DNA from: Macrostomum hystrix
Lineage: Eukaryota > Animalia > Platyhelminthes
Length of the DNA: 64,000 nt
Reading direction: 5' to 3'
Assembly: GCA_950097015.1 (NCBI GenBank)
Contig: CATNEN010000039.1
Coordinates: forward strand, 16,740,001-16,804,000
Positions 35,090 to 47,451 of this stretch are shown one piece after another. The notes under the pieces are model-generated. The model worked only from the letters and a program-made list of their open reading frames with translations, made no database searches and had not been told where the DNA came from. A program made the translations under genes and the position numbers. Each line of letters begins with the position of its first letter. Within the stretch, counting starts at the first letter, position 1.

Positions 35090-37487
35090 CATAATTGGGG
35101 AGGCCCAGATTTGTTCTGTCTGCGGTGACTATGCATCAGGCTTTCATTACTCCGCTCTCACCTGTGAGGCCTGCAAGAGCTTCTTCAAGCGCACTGTTCA
35201 AGGTGACGCCTTCTTTTTGCAAAAAGATAAAACATTTTCTTTTTTCCGTGTCTGCCCAAACATTCAACCAATCGTCTCATGAAAGCACAGAACACGGGCT
35301 AACATAGTATTCACTCAATCCAATGAGAGAACCCTACTCTAGATTTTCTCCCTTGTCTAATCCGTATGATATTTCCAATGCTCTTTATTAATTTATCCAA
35401 CACAGACAAACACGAGTATACCTGTTCGGGCAATTTCGAGTGTCCGGTTAGCAAGTCGATGCGCAAGTCGTGCCAGTATTGTCGCTTTCAAAAGTGCTTG
35501 CGCAATGGAATGCTGCCGCAAGGTAACCTGCTGACTTTTGTCACTTATAAATACTCAGATTCCATTTAGAATCTTACTATTAACTCTGATTCTATTTAAA
35601 ATCTTCCCAGATACTCCGATTCCACCCAGAATTGGTCTCAGAAACTCAGATTCCATCCAGAATCGTCTCAGAAACTCCGATTCCATCCAGAATCGTCCCA
35701 GAAACTCAGATTCCATCTAGAATCGTCCCAGACACTCAGATTCCCTCCAGAATCGTCCCAGAAACTCAGATTCCATCCAGAATCGTCCCAGACACTCAGA
35801 TTCCCTCCAGAATCGTCCCAGAAACTCAGATTCCCTCCAGAATCGTCCCAGAAACTCAGATTCCATCCAGAATCGTCCCAGACACTCAGATTCCATCTAG
35901 AATCGTCCCAGTACTCCGATTTCTGCCTGATGTCGGCGATCATTTTTGTTCTCCAGACGTGCGCATGGATCGGACCCGGGGCGGTCGTAAAAAGTGCAAG
36001 CGCACTTCCCGCGAGCAATTCGACCAGCTGGTGGAGAAGATCGGCGTTAACGAGGCTGTCGCCGCTTCGCCTGCCGCTTTCTCGCCGCCATCCCGCGGTC
36101 CGCAGACGCCGCGCAGTCAGGCGACGAAGCTGTCGTCAAGCTCAACGGCCGTGTCCTTGCCCATCGCGTCGCCCCAGTCAGCCACCGACCGCAGCGTAGC
36201 GGATCCTTTGGACAGCTTTATTCGCGAGGCTCTGGCCAGCGATCTGATTTGCCGGCCACTGCAGGTTATTCCGACCCCAATGTCACACTCCGAGATGCAG
36301 GAAGGCCTCAGGTGAGAATTCTGAGACTACTGGGCGAGCATAGTTTTAACCTACTTCTAATCTGGTATTGGTTGAGACCATTGTGATGACCAACTTGCAA
36401 TCAGTTGAGACCATTGTGATGACCAACTCGCAATCAGTTGAGACCATTGTGATGACCAACTTGCAATCAGTTAAGACCATTGTGATGACCAACTTGCAAT
36501 CAGTTGATACCATTGTGATGACCAACTTGCAATCAGTAGGGATCATTGCAATGACCCACTTGAAATCAGTAAGGATCATTGCAATGACCTACATGAAATC
36601 AGTAAGGATCATTGCAATGACCTACTTGAAATCAGTAAGGACCATTGCAATGACCTACTTGAAATCAGTAAGGATCATTGCAATGACCTACATGAAATCA
36701 GTAAGGATCATTGCAATGACCTACATGAAATCAGTAAGGATCATTGCAATGACCCACTTAAAATCTTTCAGGTCCATTCTGATAAAGTTTAACTTATTGT
36801 ACCAGTAGAGCTATTTTGAATTGCTGGTATTAGCAGTTTACCTCGCCTTATCCTCTCGTGCAGGCAGTGGTTCGAGCGCGGTTTAGAATCAGTGCTAGCC
36901 TGGAGTAATTCTCTTCGCTGCCTAGACGTGCTTCAACTGCACGATCGGGTCACCCTACTCACAAAGAACTGGTTCGCTGTGCTGCTCATGGACACTCTGG
37001 CCCGCTCTCTGCCCTTCGACGGTGGAATTCATTTCGCAGCCAACCTGACAATGCGACCAGCCGACGCTGCTCTAGCCCAGATGCCATCCGACTTCTTCAG
37101 CACAGTTCACGGCATGTTCCAATCCTTAGATCAGCTGCAACTGGAGCGCAGCGAGTTGTCAATCTTGAAACTGCTGGCCCTATTCGATCACAGCATCGTT
37201 GACGACATGGACGTCATCTGTCGTACTGAGTCTCTGCGCAGCTCGGCCCTTCGCGCAATCTTTCGGGTCTCCTCTGCTAAACTGCGAGCCGCTGAAGACT
37301 CGGACGCGTGCGATCTGTACGTGAGCAAACTGCTGCTTAGACAGGGATTTTGTGTTAATCTCAAGATGGGCCTGGAGTCCTGGCACACACTGGAACCTCC
37401 GACCCCTATCCGATGCGCCGAGATTATCGGCGCCTGCCTTGGCATCCCCTGCCCCACACCGGAGCCTGATTATCAGCAGATGATGTT

Positions 37488-37523
<36 letters not shown>

Positions 37524-37776
37524 GTGCAGTCCTGAGGATGATGCTACCAGCACAGACTCCTGTCCTGATCAGTTTCGCAGCCGAGTGTATTATAAAAATA
37601 TGCGGGTGGGTAGCAATGGCCCGCCAACTCCAGGCCAGAGTCAGGGGAACTGGTTCCATCAGCAGCAGCAGCAACAACCAAGGCAACAGCAGCAGCAGCC
37701 AGAGCAGCACGAACAAAACCCGGATCAATATCATCTACTGAACGACTGTCAGATTGGCAGTATCAATTTTGATTGA
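34791..37776 (+). CDS. ERR: Nuclear receptor, ERR (NR3B)-like, divergent; exons 34791-35202, 35406-35522, 35957-36311, 36864-37776
   Basis: C4 fingers [26 protein letters not shown] and [25 protein letters not shown]; C-terminal extension [12 protein letters not shown]; LBD with AW..L..DRVTLL..W....RSLPF. All splice phases are compatible. Confidence 0.8.
35600..35922. repeat. 30-bp minisatellite in nuclear receptor intron 2
   Basis: (GAAACTCAGATTCCATCCAGAATCGTCCCA)n. Confidence 0.95.
36370..36770. repeat. 33-bp minisatellite in nuclear receptor intron 3
   Basis: Two related unit variants, GTTGAGACCATTGTGATGACCAACTTGCAATCA and GTAAGGATCATTGCAATGACCTAC.TGAAATCA. Confidence 0.95.
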
Positions 37777-38869
37777 TTTTTTATCGCGTTGATTTTTTAT
37801 TGAAGCGTTGCAGGTTCATGACTGACGCGTTTATTGATTGATTGGTTGACTGGCGTTTTTTGACGCTTTGATTGATTGATAGACGCGTTGATTAATTGAT
37901 TGTTTGACGAGTTGATTATTTGATTGATTAATTGATAGATACATTGGTGTGTTTATTGAAGCGTTAAAATGGTCGTTTAATAGGATGCGCTGCTCCTGTT
38001 CGTCTTTTTTCACACAAAAATTAGCAGTTTGTGGCTTCAGTTGAAACATTCTTCTTTTGTTTAAATCTCTTGTTCTATGCCATGATTCGCAGGATATCAA
38101 AGAAATATTATTTTAAACAAAACTTCTTAACCTGTCTATCAGACAGGTCCTGTCTTTGCTTTTTTAGCTGCTCATCCGTCAAGGCCAGAAAGATTATTAA
38201 AAAAATTTTATTAACTTCAATTGGCTGTGCTACAATACCTACGTATACATGTTCATCAGCGCGATCTTAAAATTGTCTAGAACACCGCGACAGTGGTGTC
38301 ATAGAAGTTGATTTTCCTGATTATTTCATTTATTTCACGCTTCATCTGTTACTGGACTGGCAGTAGTATGTGCCCAGGCCTCAACTAAGGCAAGGCTATA
38401 CTAATGTCTATAGTTAGTTTTTTAATTATGTTCTAACACTTGCCAGTCATAAATCTTTTTTTTCAAAAGAAGTGTCAAAAGATGAAATTTCAATATTTCA
38501 ATTTCAATTTTAGCCGTGTCAATCATCTCCATATCCCCAGATTTCATCAAAATCCTATTTTTCGTTTTTCCTAATCCAAAAAATCGCGTTTAATTTCTAC
38601 CGAAATAAATTTTCTTTTCTTGCTACTGTAAGTAGAAATGCTTGATAAATACTGACTAATTCTGCGTCATTATTTTACCATTTGCGAAGCTATAATTTTA
38701 CTTTAGGACATTTTTGGTTAACCCGCTTGTACATGTCTGTAGATATTGTTTGTTTGCTCTTAAATATATTCTTGTCTGTGCCGACCACGAGTTTTGTTTT
38801 CGATTTCTTCACTTTATTAGCATCTTACCTTCCTCGTGAAATAAACTCATCTATTCGCCTTTGTCTCAC

Positions 38870-39320
38870 CTTGTTAGATTTTCCCAGTCTCATTTCCTAA
38901 ATGTTGTTAAATTATCCCAGTCTCATTTCCTAAATGTTGTTAAATCATCCCAGTCTCATTTCCTAAATGTTGTTTTATTATCCCAGTCTCATTTCCTAAA
39001 TGTTGTTATATTATCCCAGTCTCATTTCCTAAATGTTGTTAGATTATCCCAATCTCCTTTCCCAAATGTTGTTATATTATCCCACTCTCCTGTCCCAAAT
39101 ATTGTTAGATTATCCCAATCTCCTTTCCCAAATGTTGTTAGATTATCCCAATCTCCTGTCCCATATGTTGTTAGATTATCCCAATCTCCTGTCCCATATG
39201 TTGTTAGATTATCCCACTCTCCTGTCCCAAATGTTGTTAGATTATCCCACTCTCCTTCCCCATATGTTGTTAGATTATCCCAATCTTCTTCCCCATATGT
39301 TGTTAGATTATCCTACTTAT
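38870..39320. repeat. 33-bp minisatellite (ATGTTGTTAGATTATCCCAATCTCCTGTCCCAA-like)
   Basis: Tandem array; explains ORFs 38861-39325 and 39033-39521. Confidence 0.95.
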
Positions 39321-39951
39321 TCTAAATCTGTTTTTCATAATCTTGTTGCTACATTATTTCCTGTTGAGTTTTCTCTTCCTCGCGTTGATTATCTCCTATT
39401 ACACCATCTAAATGTTTATCTGTTTCGTTTCCGAGCGGAATGCCACCGAAGAGCAGGTTTTTACCTTTTCCATTCATTATTTCTCAACTGCCGAACCCAT
39501 TTTCCTTATAATATTCAATAATTATTTGCCTTCTGTCTCTGATATCAATACCTGTTTGTTAAGACTAAATGTAGTTTGAAATGAAGGCAGTTTTTGTCAG
39601 TTAGTTTGTTGTTTATAATAACTTTTACTGAGTGTGTTGCTTGTATCGGCGCAAATTTTCTGTGTATATTTTTAGCAGATATTTATTATTGATACATTAG
39701 TAAACTTACTGGTAACCTACATTTTTTTGTTAAAAAAGAGTTTAGCTTTTTGTCATGCACCAACACTGCTTATTGACTCTAAGAATTTCTGTGAAAAATA
39801 ATTCAGCTTTTGTCTTCTTTGATTTGTTTATTTATTTGATTCTATAGGCGCTGGTACGTGGTGGGTAAACGGCGGGAGTAACTATCTATTAGATTGCATA
39901 AGAGATTGACTCGTTATATAACAAAGTGACGCGAATATTTCATTTTATCAG

Positions 39952-40407
39952 CTGGCCTCCTCAACCGCCAACCCTTCGGATCTGCTGACACACCTGGCAG
40001 CTGTTCGCGTCAGCTCCGTGTTAAATCGGAACAATGCCGAGTTTGGCAAGCGTCACCTAACTGACGGCAATCCGGACACCTGCTGGAACTCGGACCAAGG
40101 CGCCGGACAATGGATTGAACTGGCCCTAACTGGGCCCTGCCGCCTATTAGATCTTCGCCTGCAGTTCCAAGGTGGCTTCTCTGGCACTCGCTGCCTCTTG
40201 ACAAGCTGCGGCGCCGCCGACGATGCTGTTCAACTGGCTGACCTGCGGCTAAATGACTGCAGCCAGGTGCAAACTCTAAAAATTCCGTCGCCTGACAGTT
40301 TGCCGGCCGTGGATCGGGTTCGAATCTGTTTCTTGGAAACGGCTGATCCGTTTGGGCGCGTAACTGTCTATCAGCTTGGCGGCAGCGTGCTGCCTGCTGA
40401 TAGTTGA
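39952..40407 (+). CDS. NR2C2AP: Nuclear receptor 2C2-associated protein (NR2C2AP/TRA16); main exon, no ATG in exon
   Basis: RVSSVLNRN..FGKRHL.DG.PDTCWNSDQG..QW...LQFQGGFS...DPFGRVTVYQL closely matches NR2C2AP. The frame is open back to the acceptor TTTTATCAG|CTG at 39951/39952. Confidence 0.9.
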   Translation: MASSTANPSDLLTHLAAVRVSSVLNRNNAEFGKRHLTDGNPDTCWNSDQGAGQWIELALTGPCRLLDLRLQFQGGFSGTRCLLTSCGAADDAVQLADLRLNDCSQVQTLKIPSPDSLPAVDRVRICFLETADPFGRVTVYQLGGSVLPADS

Positions 40408-42875
40408 TTTTATAATTTCGTTTAAAAAAGCGCGTCGCATTTTCGGAATGACTATTATCCATTGTTAGATTGCCAGTCAAATAAAAAATAGTGAATATGT
40501 GCATTGATAGTGCCTAGACAGCTTAAATGTAAAATGAAAAGCTAACTTAGCATCCTTAATCATTAGCGTCCTGTCAGGTTGGTTCGCTTTTTAATTTCAA
40601 ACCAAGTATTAATTTAAAATTAAAAAGCTTATCGCCATTTTGATTACCAAGTTACATAATAAAGCACAAAGGCAATAAAAGCCTAAAGGCAATCGACTTT
40701 ATTAAACTCTTTAAAAAACTACGGAATTTCGATACGTTTTTACTTGCCTACAACGCATGACGCGATCGGAAGGATATTGTTGTTTGAGGCAGCGTGGCCA
40801 AAAATAGAACGGAGCACTGGGTATAGAAGGTTGGAAAAAACGCGATCCCTCCAAAGGCATGTGCGCACTAATATATATTTTAGTCAGTCAGAGCAAACAA
40901 CAACCGATAGACCGACACCCAGTCAATCAAAACGCTCCACGCACACTCTAAGGCGGCATGCAAGCCGCATGCACAACAGATATGCAAAGGAATGAGAATT
41001 TAGTTCGTCACGCCAGTTCACTCTGTCGAGCTGAGATCAGTACTTTGATCGGTATTTGTAAGGAAAGCATGCATTAGAATTAAAGGAAAGAATTCCCTGT
41101 AATTAGGAATCGGAGTTTATTTTATCGAATGATGATTTGCGTAATAACCCGTCAAATCCGGACACTATATTAAAAAATGTATGAATCTAGACATAATAAA
41201 AAAAACGAAAGCTTATAATACGGCTTGACTTTGTAGTTAACGTCTTATTATTTAATTTTACAATAAAATTGGCATGTATATCTAGACATGTTTGTCTCGG
41301 CGACTAAGGTACGCGGTAACTTAAAAATAACGAGGAAGCTCAATTTTTAGAACCTTGTTAAACAGCAGTCGTTTTGTATCCGTATTTTTTACTTTCACAA
41401 AATCTTCCCATGTATTTTGCTGGAATTCTGGAACCAGCTTTCGTACTAACTTATATTTTATGTGTAATTGTAACATGTTTTTACTGTTTTTCTTCAAATA
41501 CGTCACTGTAAACCCTCCATATAAGAGGATAAGACAATTAATAGACCTAGAATTTTTTAATATGTCAAATTGTTTTGTCTAAATTATGGTCTAGAAACTT
41601 TTATCATAAAACCAGCAAGATGACTATTATAAGGCAAGGCTAAAATAACCGATTTAATAGTAGAGCCTGATTGGCCTGATTGAAATCCATGCTAATAATA
41701 AGTAATTAGATGTACCTAAATATTAAAGCCAAATATTTTATAGAACCCTAGCTTACTTTTATTGCCTTCTTTGCATTTTCATACAATCTGCATGCATCTA
41801 AGTGTATAAATATTGATGCTATAACCCAGTTTAATTTAATTTTTATTCAGAAGGAAAAATATAAAGTGACTGTAGGCTTCACTTGTTTAAAATGCAACTA
41901 ATGTCAAATCTGTATGTCAGAAGACTCAATTAGGCCTATATCAGAGACAAAATAGCTAGGTTGTACTTTAATGCCTAATCATTTAAGCTCTTAATTTTTC
42001 TTTGTATTTCAAATATTCTATAAGCAAGTAACAAATAAAAAATGAATCTTTAAAAATTGTGCCATATCTATACTTACACTGTCTCTTAAACTTGTTAAAT
42101 AAATTTGCCAATCATGCTTTGCACTGTTGTTTTAACATAGAAAGCAAGGGCTCTGTTATTAGTTCAATAGGTTAGGGTAATATATCATCAACCAAACAAG
42201 AATGTGCATTTTTTACTTCAAACCTAAGCTTTAGATTTTCTATTTAAGATATGATGATAAATCAAAAGCCAAGTTATAGAAAACAGTTACATCTTTCTAA
42301 AAAGTATCTGCTTTTGCTATTTTGTCAAATAGAAAAAAGCTATTCCTGCTTTTCATCTAAAACCAAACAATGATTTTCATGTATCTTCAAACCAAATAGA
42401 GAATTTGATGTTTGGTTTTACAATTTGAGTGAGTGGTTTGATCTTATTTTAAGGAGTGAACTATCATGAATTATGTCATTTGAAAGCATTTTTCGTGCTC
42501 TATAAATAACTGCATTTATGGTCATTTATTTGGCAAGCAACCACATCCAATCTTCGTCTAAAGTACATACTGAAAAAATGTTGTCAAAAGGTATGCTTTT
42601 GCAATAAAAAATTCTACTGAAACATTAATATCTTTCTTTCTTCTTAATGCTTTATTGCTCCTCATGCCTTAGCTTGTAGATAATTTCTTTGACTTTCAAA
42701 TTAGTTGTTCTGTGAAACACAATAGCTTGTTTCTGTCTTGCACGAGACCATGGAAGGAGTCAAAATTCTTGTTTGGTTTTGAAGATACACTGTTCGGTTG
42801 ATGATGCATTACCCTAATGTTAAAAAACAGCTCAGGGTAACTATTTTGTTTTAAAATTACTCATAATCCAGTAAT

Positions 42876-45800
42876 TGTTAAGTTGGAACAAGCCAGACAT
42901 TTAGGCACTCAAAACTCTTAAGACCCAAGTTGGCCAAAGTGAGAATTATATATTGTCACAGGATACAAGTTGAAATGTACACTTAGGCAATGTACAGTGT
43001 GGCATGTGCATAGAGCAAGTTAGCATATTGATTTAATCTTTCTATATACTAAAAATGAAAATCTTGTTTGTATGTTTGCAATCAACTAGCTCCCAAACGG
43101 CTTAACCGATTTTCACAATTCCTTCGCTAAAAGATCACAAATTGGCTGGATTCGAATCGAATCACTGAGTCGAGCTGGATTAATAACATTGGCAACAATG
43201 ATACAAACAATGCACTTTAAATTCAATGGAATGATGCCATGCAACATAAGGGTTCAAACGCTCTATCAGTGCAATCAAACTTTAACTGAAATCAAAATCA
43301 AACGTAAACTTCTCTTCATCACCACGTAGACTTAACTTAGATGATAGAACATAGGCTTTTTTGACGACTCGGCCACGCATTGTCCTGTACGGTTCAGCTG
43401 GCTGCACGGAGGCCGGCTGCTTGGAGGCCGGCTGCACGGAGGTCGGCTGCACGGAGGCCTGCTGCTCAGCTTCGTCGTTGTCACAATGGAGAGCCTCGCT
43501 TAATGGCACACCCACCTTTCGAGGCCTGATGAAGCGGCGATTCCTTCTGAGCAGCTGACCAGTCTCGGTTCGAACCCAGTACGATCTTGGACAATTCTCC
43601 AGCTCGCTGTCGATCTCAGCCGCCACCCTGTCACGACGACCTCGTTGGAGCCAGACCAGATCGCCAGCAGCTAATCTCCTTAATGGCCGAGCTCCTCGGT
43701 TGTACAATTGTGCTGCACGATTGCGCTCCTTCTCAAAGGCCTCGATGCTTGAGTGTAGATGAATTTCCTTTGGCCGCAAGTCCAGAACCGTTGCGGGCAA
43801 GTCGCACCGAAGCTTACGACCGAATGCCATCTCAGCTGGACTCAGAAAGCCGCTGCCGACTGGCGTGTTACGGTAGTGAAGCAATGCCAGCTCCAGGTTC
43901 TGTCCGGTCTCTGAGCACTTCTTCAGCATGTTCTTTGCAGTTTGCACGTAGCGTTCTGCTCTTCCATTTGATTGCGGGTACGTCGGACTTGAAGTTCGGT
44001 GCTCGACCTTGAATTCTATCTTCATCTGTCGAAATTCCCGAGCGGAAAACTGCGGAGCTCGAACAGGTCTGTTGAACAATTTTGGAATGGGAAGTCCGGC
44101 ATATCCACAGTCATCAGCGTCTCCTTGGACTGGGTTCTCATATTTCGCTAACATGACTCGCTGTCGGTGACAACCTGCTCTACACAGTTCCGCATTCCTG
44201 GCCAATAGAAATAGTCCTTAGCCTTGAGGTGCATTTTTAAGATGCCGGGGTGCCCAATATGAAGAATTCCGAGCACCTGTTTCCTCGAATCTCCGCAGGG
44301 AACATAGATCCTTCAAGCACAATAGTCCGGAAGCGTAGGTCAGGTCATGCCGAACATCCCAAAACGGCTTCAGGTCGTCTGTCAATCTCGTTTTGTGCTC
44401 TGGCCAACCGTCCAGGATGACGTTCCGCAACCGCTCGCTCGTCATGTCTTTGGCTGTTGCGTTCTTGATCATGTGCAAGATCTCACGGTCCCCGCTAAAG
44501 CAGCGCTCGACTGACAAGACTTGACCGTCGAGGGCTTTTTCTAACTGAATTGTGAGGAGATCAGCTGCACCGTGTGCTCGGCTCAAAGTGTCGGCTACGT
44601 ACAAGTCCTTTCCGGGAGTATACTTGACGCGAATGTCATAGGGCTGAAACTGAAGCATAAGTCGCTGAATTCTAGGCGTCGTCTCACACAGAGCCTTCTT
44701 GAAGATCGCCTCCAGTGGCTTGTGGTCGCTCTGAACATTCATTGTCCGGCCCCAGATGTATCAGTGAAACTTTTTGCAGCCATAGACAATTGCGAGAAGC
44801 TCTTTCTCGATTTGTGCGTAGGCTAGCTGGGCACTGGTCATTGCAGAGGACGCGTATTCGACTGGACGATCGTCTTGGAGCAGCACAGCGCCGATGCCAC
44901 TCTTGCTTGCGTCAACTGAAACCGTCACGGGCTTGGTTACGTCAAAGGTTGCCAGCACCCGGTTCGAGCACAGATCCACGATGATTGCTTCATACGCCTG
45001 GTCGTGCTAATCCAGCCAGCTCCATATGACCTCCTTCTTCAGCAGATGCCTAAGTGGTTCCGCAGGGGCTTACAGTTGCGGGCAGAACCTGGCCAAGTAT
45101 GTGACAGCCGAGAAAACGCCTGAGTTGCTCTCTCTTTGCGGTTACGCCTTCCTGAGTGTCGGGTCTTGTCATCTCCTTGATTGCCTTGACCTTCTGCGGA
45201 TCAGCCCGAATTCCATCGGGGCCAAGAATATCGCCTAAGTAGCTCAGCTCTTGAGCTCCAGCTCGCATCTTGTTCGGATTCAGCGTCACGTTAGCCCGCT
45301 TGCACTGCTCCATCAGACTGCGTACTGCGATGTCGTGTTCCTCGATGGTGCGCCCCCACACGATAATGTCGTCGAAAAAGTTTTTCGAGTTCTTGACGTG
45401 GCTGGTGACATTCTCCTCCATACGCTTTTGAAACTTTTCCGGGATTGATGACAAGCCGTACGGCACCCGCTTCCACCTGTAACGACCGAATAGCGTGTGG
45501 AACGTTGTGAGGAACGAACTCTGCTCATCTAGCTTGAGCTGATGGAAACTCTCGTTGGCATCGAATGTGCTGAACACCATGTCTCCAACAGTCGCCATCC
45601 GAACTCCCTCCGCCGTTGGAATGGGGTGATATTCGCGGATGATGAACTGGTTCAGGTATGTAGGATCAAGGCATAGGCGCATCGAGCCGTCCTTCTTCCA
45701 GACAATGGTGACGTTTGACAACCATTGAGTCGGCTCGTCTACTCGAACAATAGTCCCATCTCTCTCCAGGCGCTCCAGCTCGCACTTCAATGGCCGATAG

Positions 45801-47424
45801 GCCGCGAATGGAACCTTTCGTGGCGGCTGGACTTTTGGAGCGGCATTTTCTGTCAGCTGAATTGTGTACTGCTGCTTCATGCACTCGACACCTTTGAACA
45901 CAGTCGGATAGTCTGCTATCAGCTGACTGTTACTGATCTGAGACTGGTGAGGTTTCTCTACTTTGCTGACATTGGGTGGGCTCTTGTTTATGGCAAAAAG
46001 CTTCTTAATGAGATGCAACTCAGGCAGTGCTGACTTCCAGCCAATGATCGGAGTCGCGTTTTCTCCAACGACTACAAACTGAAGTTTCACGTTTTTCTGA
46101 CACGGAGACGATACTGTCAGGTGAGTCAGGCCGATGACATCCAGCTGCTGTCTATTGTAGGTAGTGAGCGTACAGGTTGTGGGCTCGATTTCAGCCGCAG
46201 GAGCGAACTTGATCAGGCATCGTAGCGGAACAACGTTGACATCTGCCCCTGTGTCGTCTTTAAACTGGAGCTTCCGGCCAGAATCCTTCGCCGTGAGACT
46301 CACCATCATTGTTGTGTAGTCATGCAGACGCTGACCTTCCTGTATCAACTATCATCACTGTCGCTGGTGTTGCTTCTTGGTCTGCGCAATCCAGCTGCTA
46401 CTTGTCCTCCTGGAGCTCGTTGACCTTCTTTGAGGACCGGCACATTGACGAGAAGTGGTTCAGACGACCACAGATGTTACACTTCCTATCGTAAGCTGGG
46501 CATTTTCTCCGCTCGTGCTGCAGTCCGCAGAAGCCACAGCCGCGGCCTGAAGGCGGTTTTGGAGGCCCAGCTGGTGCTCGGGGTCGACTTTGGACAGCAT
46601 CCACCGTTGACGGCTGAGCTCGGCTGCTCTGAGTTGTCAGCATAGCGCTCGCCTGTCGCTTTGACGTCTCCGAAGCTGGCCCCATCTGAATTGCCCGGTT
46701 GAGTGTCAGGTTGGACTTACGCAGTAGTCTCTCTTCAAGCGCTGGGTCGCCAACTCCCATCAGGATCTGGTCGCGGATGACGATGTCGCTGACTGACTCA
46801 TCGTTGGCCGGTGTCCCGTAGTTGCACCTGGTCACGAGCTGCTGCAGAGAGGCGACGAACTGATCGAAGTCCTCTGACTCCTTCTGCACTCTGGTCCTGA
46901 ACAGGTAGCGATCGAAGGTCTCATTGCTCATTGGCTCACAGTAGTTCTTGAATTAATTGAGAACCCCGACGTATGTAGTCACTTCGGCGGACGGGAAGGT
47001 GGATAACACGTCTTGTCCTTCTGATCCGTGCGCGGTCAGCACGATTGCAATCTTGACCTCTTCGCTCTCCTCCGTCTTCTTGGTTGCCTTCATGTAGAAG
47101 TCGATCGTTTGCTCCATTTTCTCCAGTTGTCTGCGCGATTGGCATCAAAAAACCATCGGCTCTGGAGACCTCAGTCCTTCCATTAGCTAGCTTGCTTGGC
47201 TATTGGGCAAAAGTACTTAATGCTTGCGACGACATGTTAAGTTGGAACAAGCGGGACATTTAGGCACTCAGAACTCTTAAGGCCCAAGTTGGCCAAAGTG
47301 AGAATCATATATTGTCACGCGATGCGAGTTGAAATGTACACTTAGGCAATGTACAGTGTGGCATGTACATAGAGAAAGTGAGCATATTGATTTAATAAAG
47401 GATTCTAAAACGCGACAGACAACA
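42876..47424 (-). mobile_element. Ty3/Gypsy LTR retrotransposon, degenerate (gag, PR, RT, RNase H, partly deleted IN)
   Basis: LTRs at 47235-47424 (TGTT...AACA) and 42876-43036 (truncated); 5-bp TSD GTAAT (42871-42875, 47425-47429). Gag zinc knuckles, DTGAD, RLCLDP, PYGLSS, FFDD, DASKSG, YAQIEKE, SDHKPL, SSPTYPQSNGRAER. Several frameshifts. Confidence 0.93.
43037..43150 (+). mobile_element. 5' fragment of the same Helitron family inserted at an A^T in the Gypsy 3' LTR
   Basis: TCTTTCTATATACTAAAAATGAAAATCTTGTTTG...AAAGATCACAA matches the 5' end of the mini-Helitron units in opposite orientation. Confidence 0.85.
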
Positions 47425-47451
47425 GTAATGGCCTGCATTTTTAGTTGAATA

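Noticed and set aside
34791-40407. Functional nuclear receptor / NR2C2AP gene pair
   Set aside because: NR2C2AP is named for binding TR4 (NR2C2), not ERR; adjacency alone is not evidence
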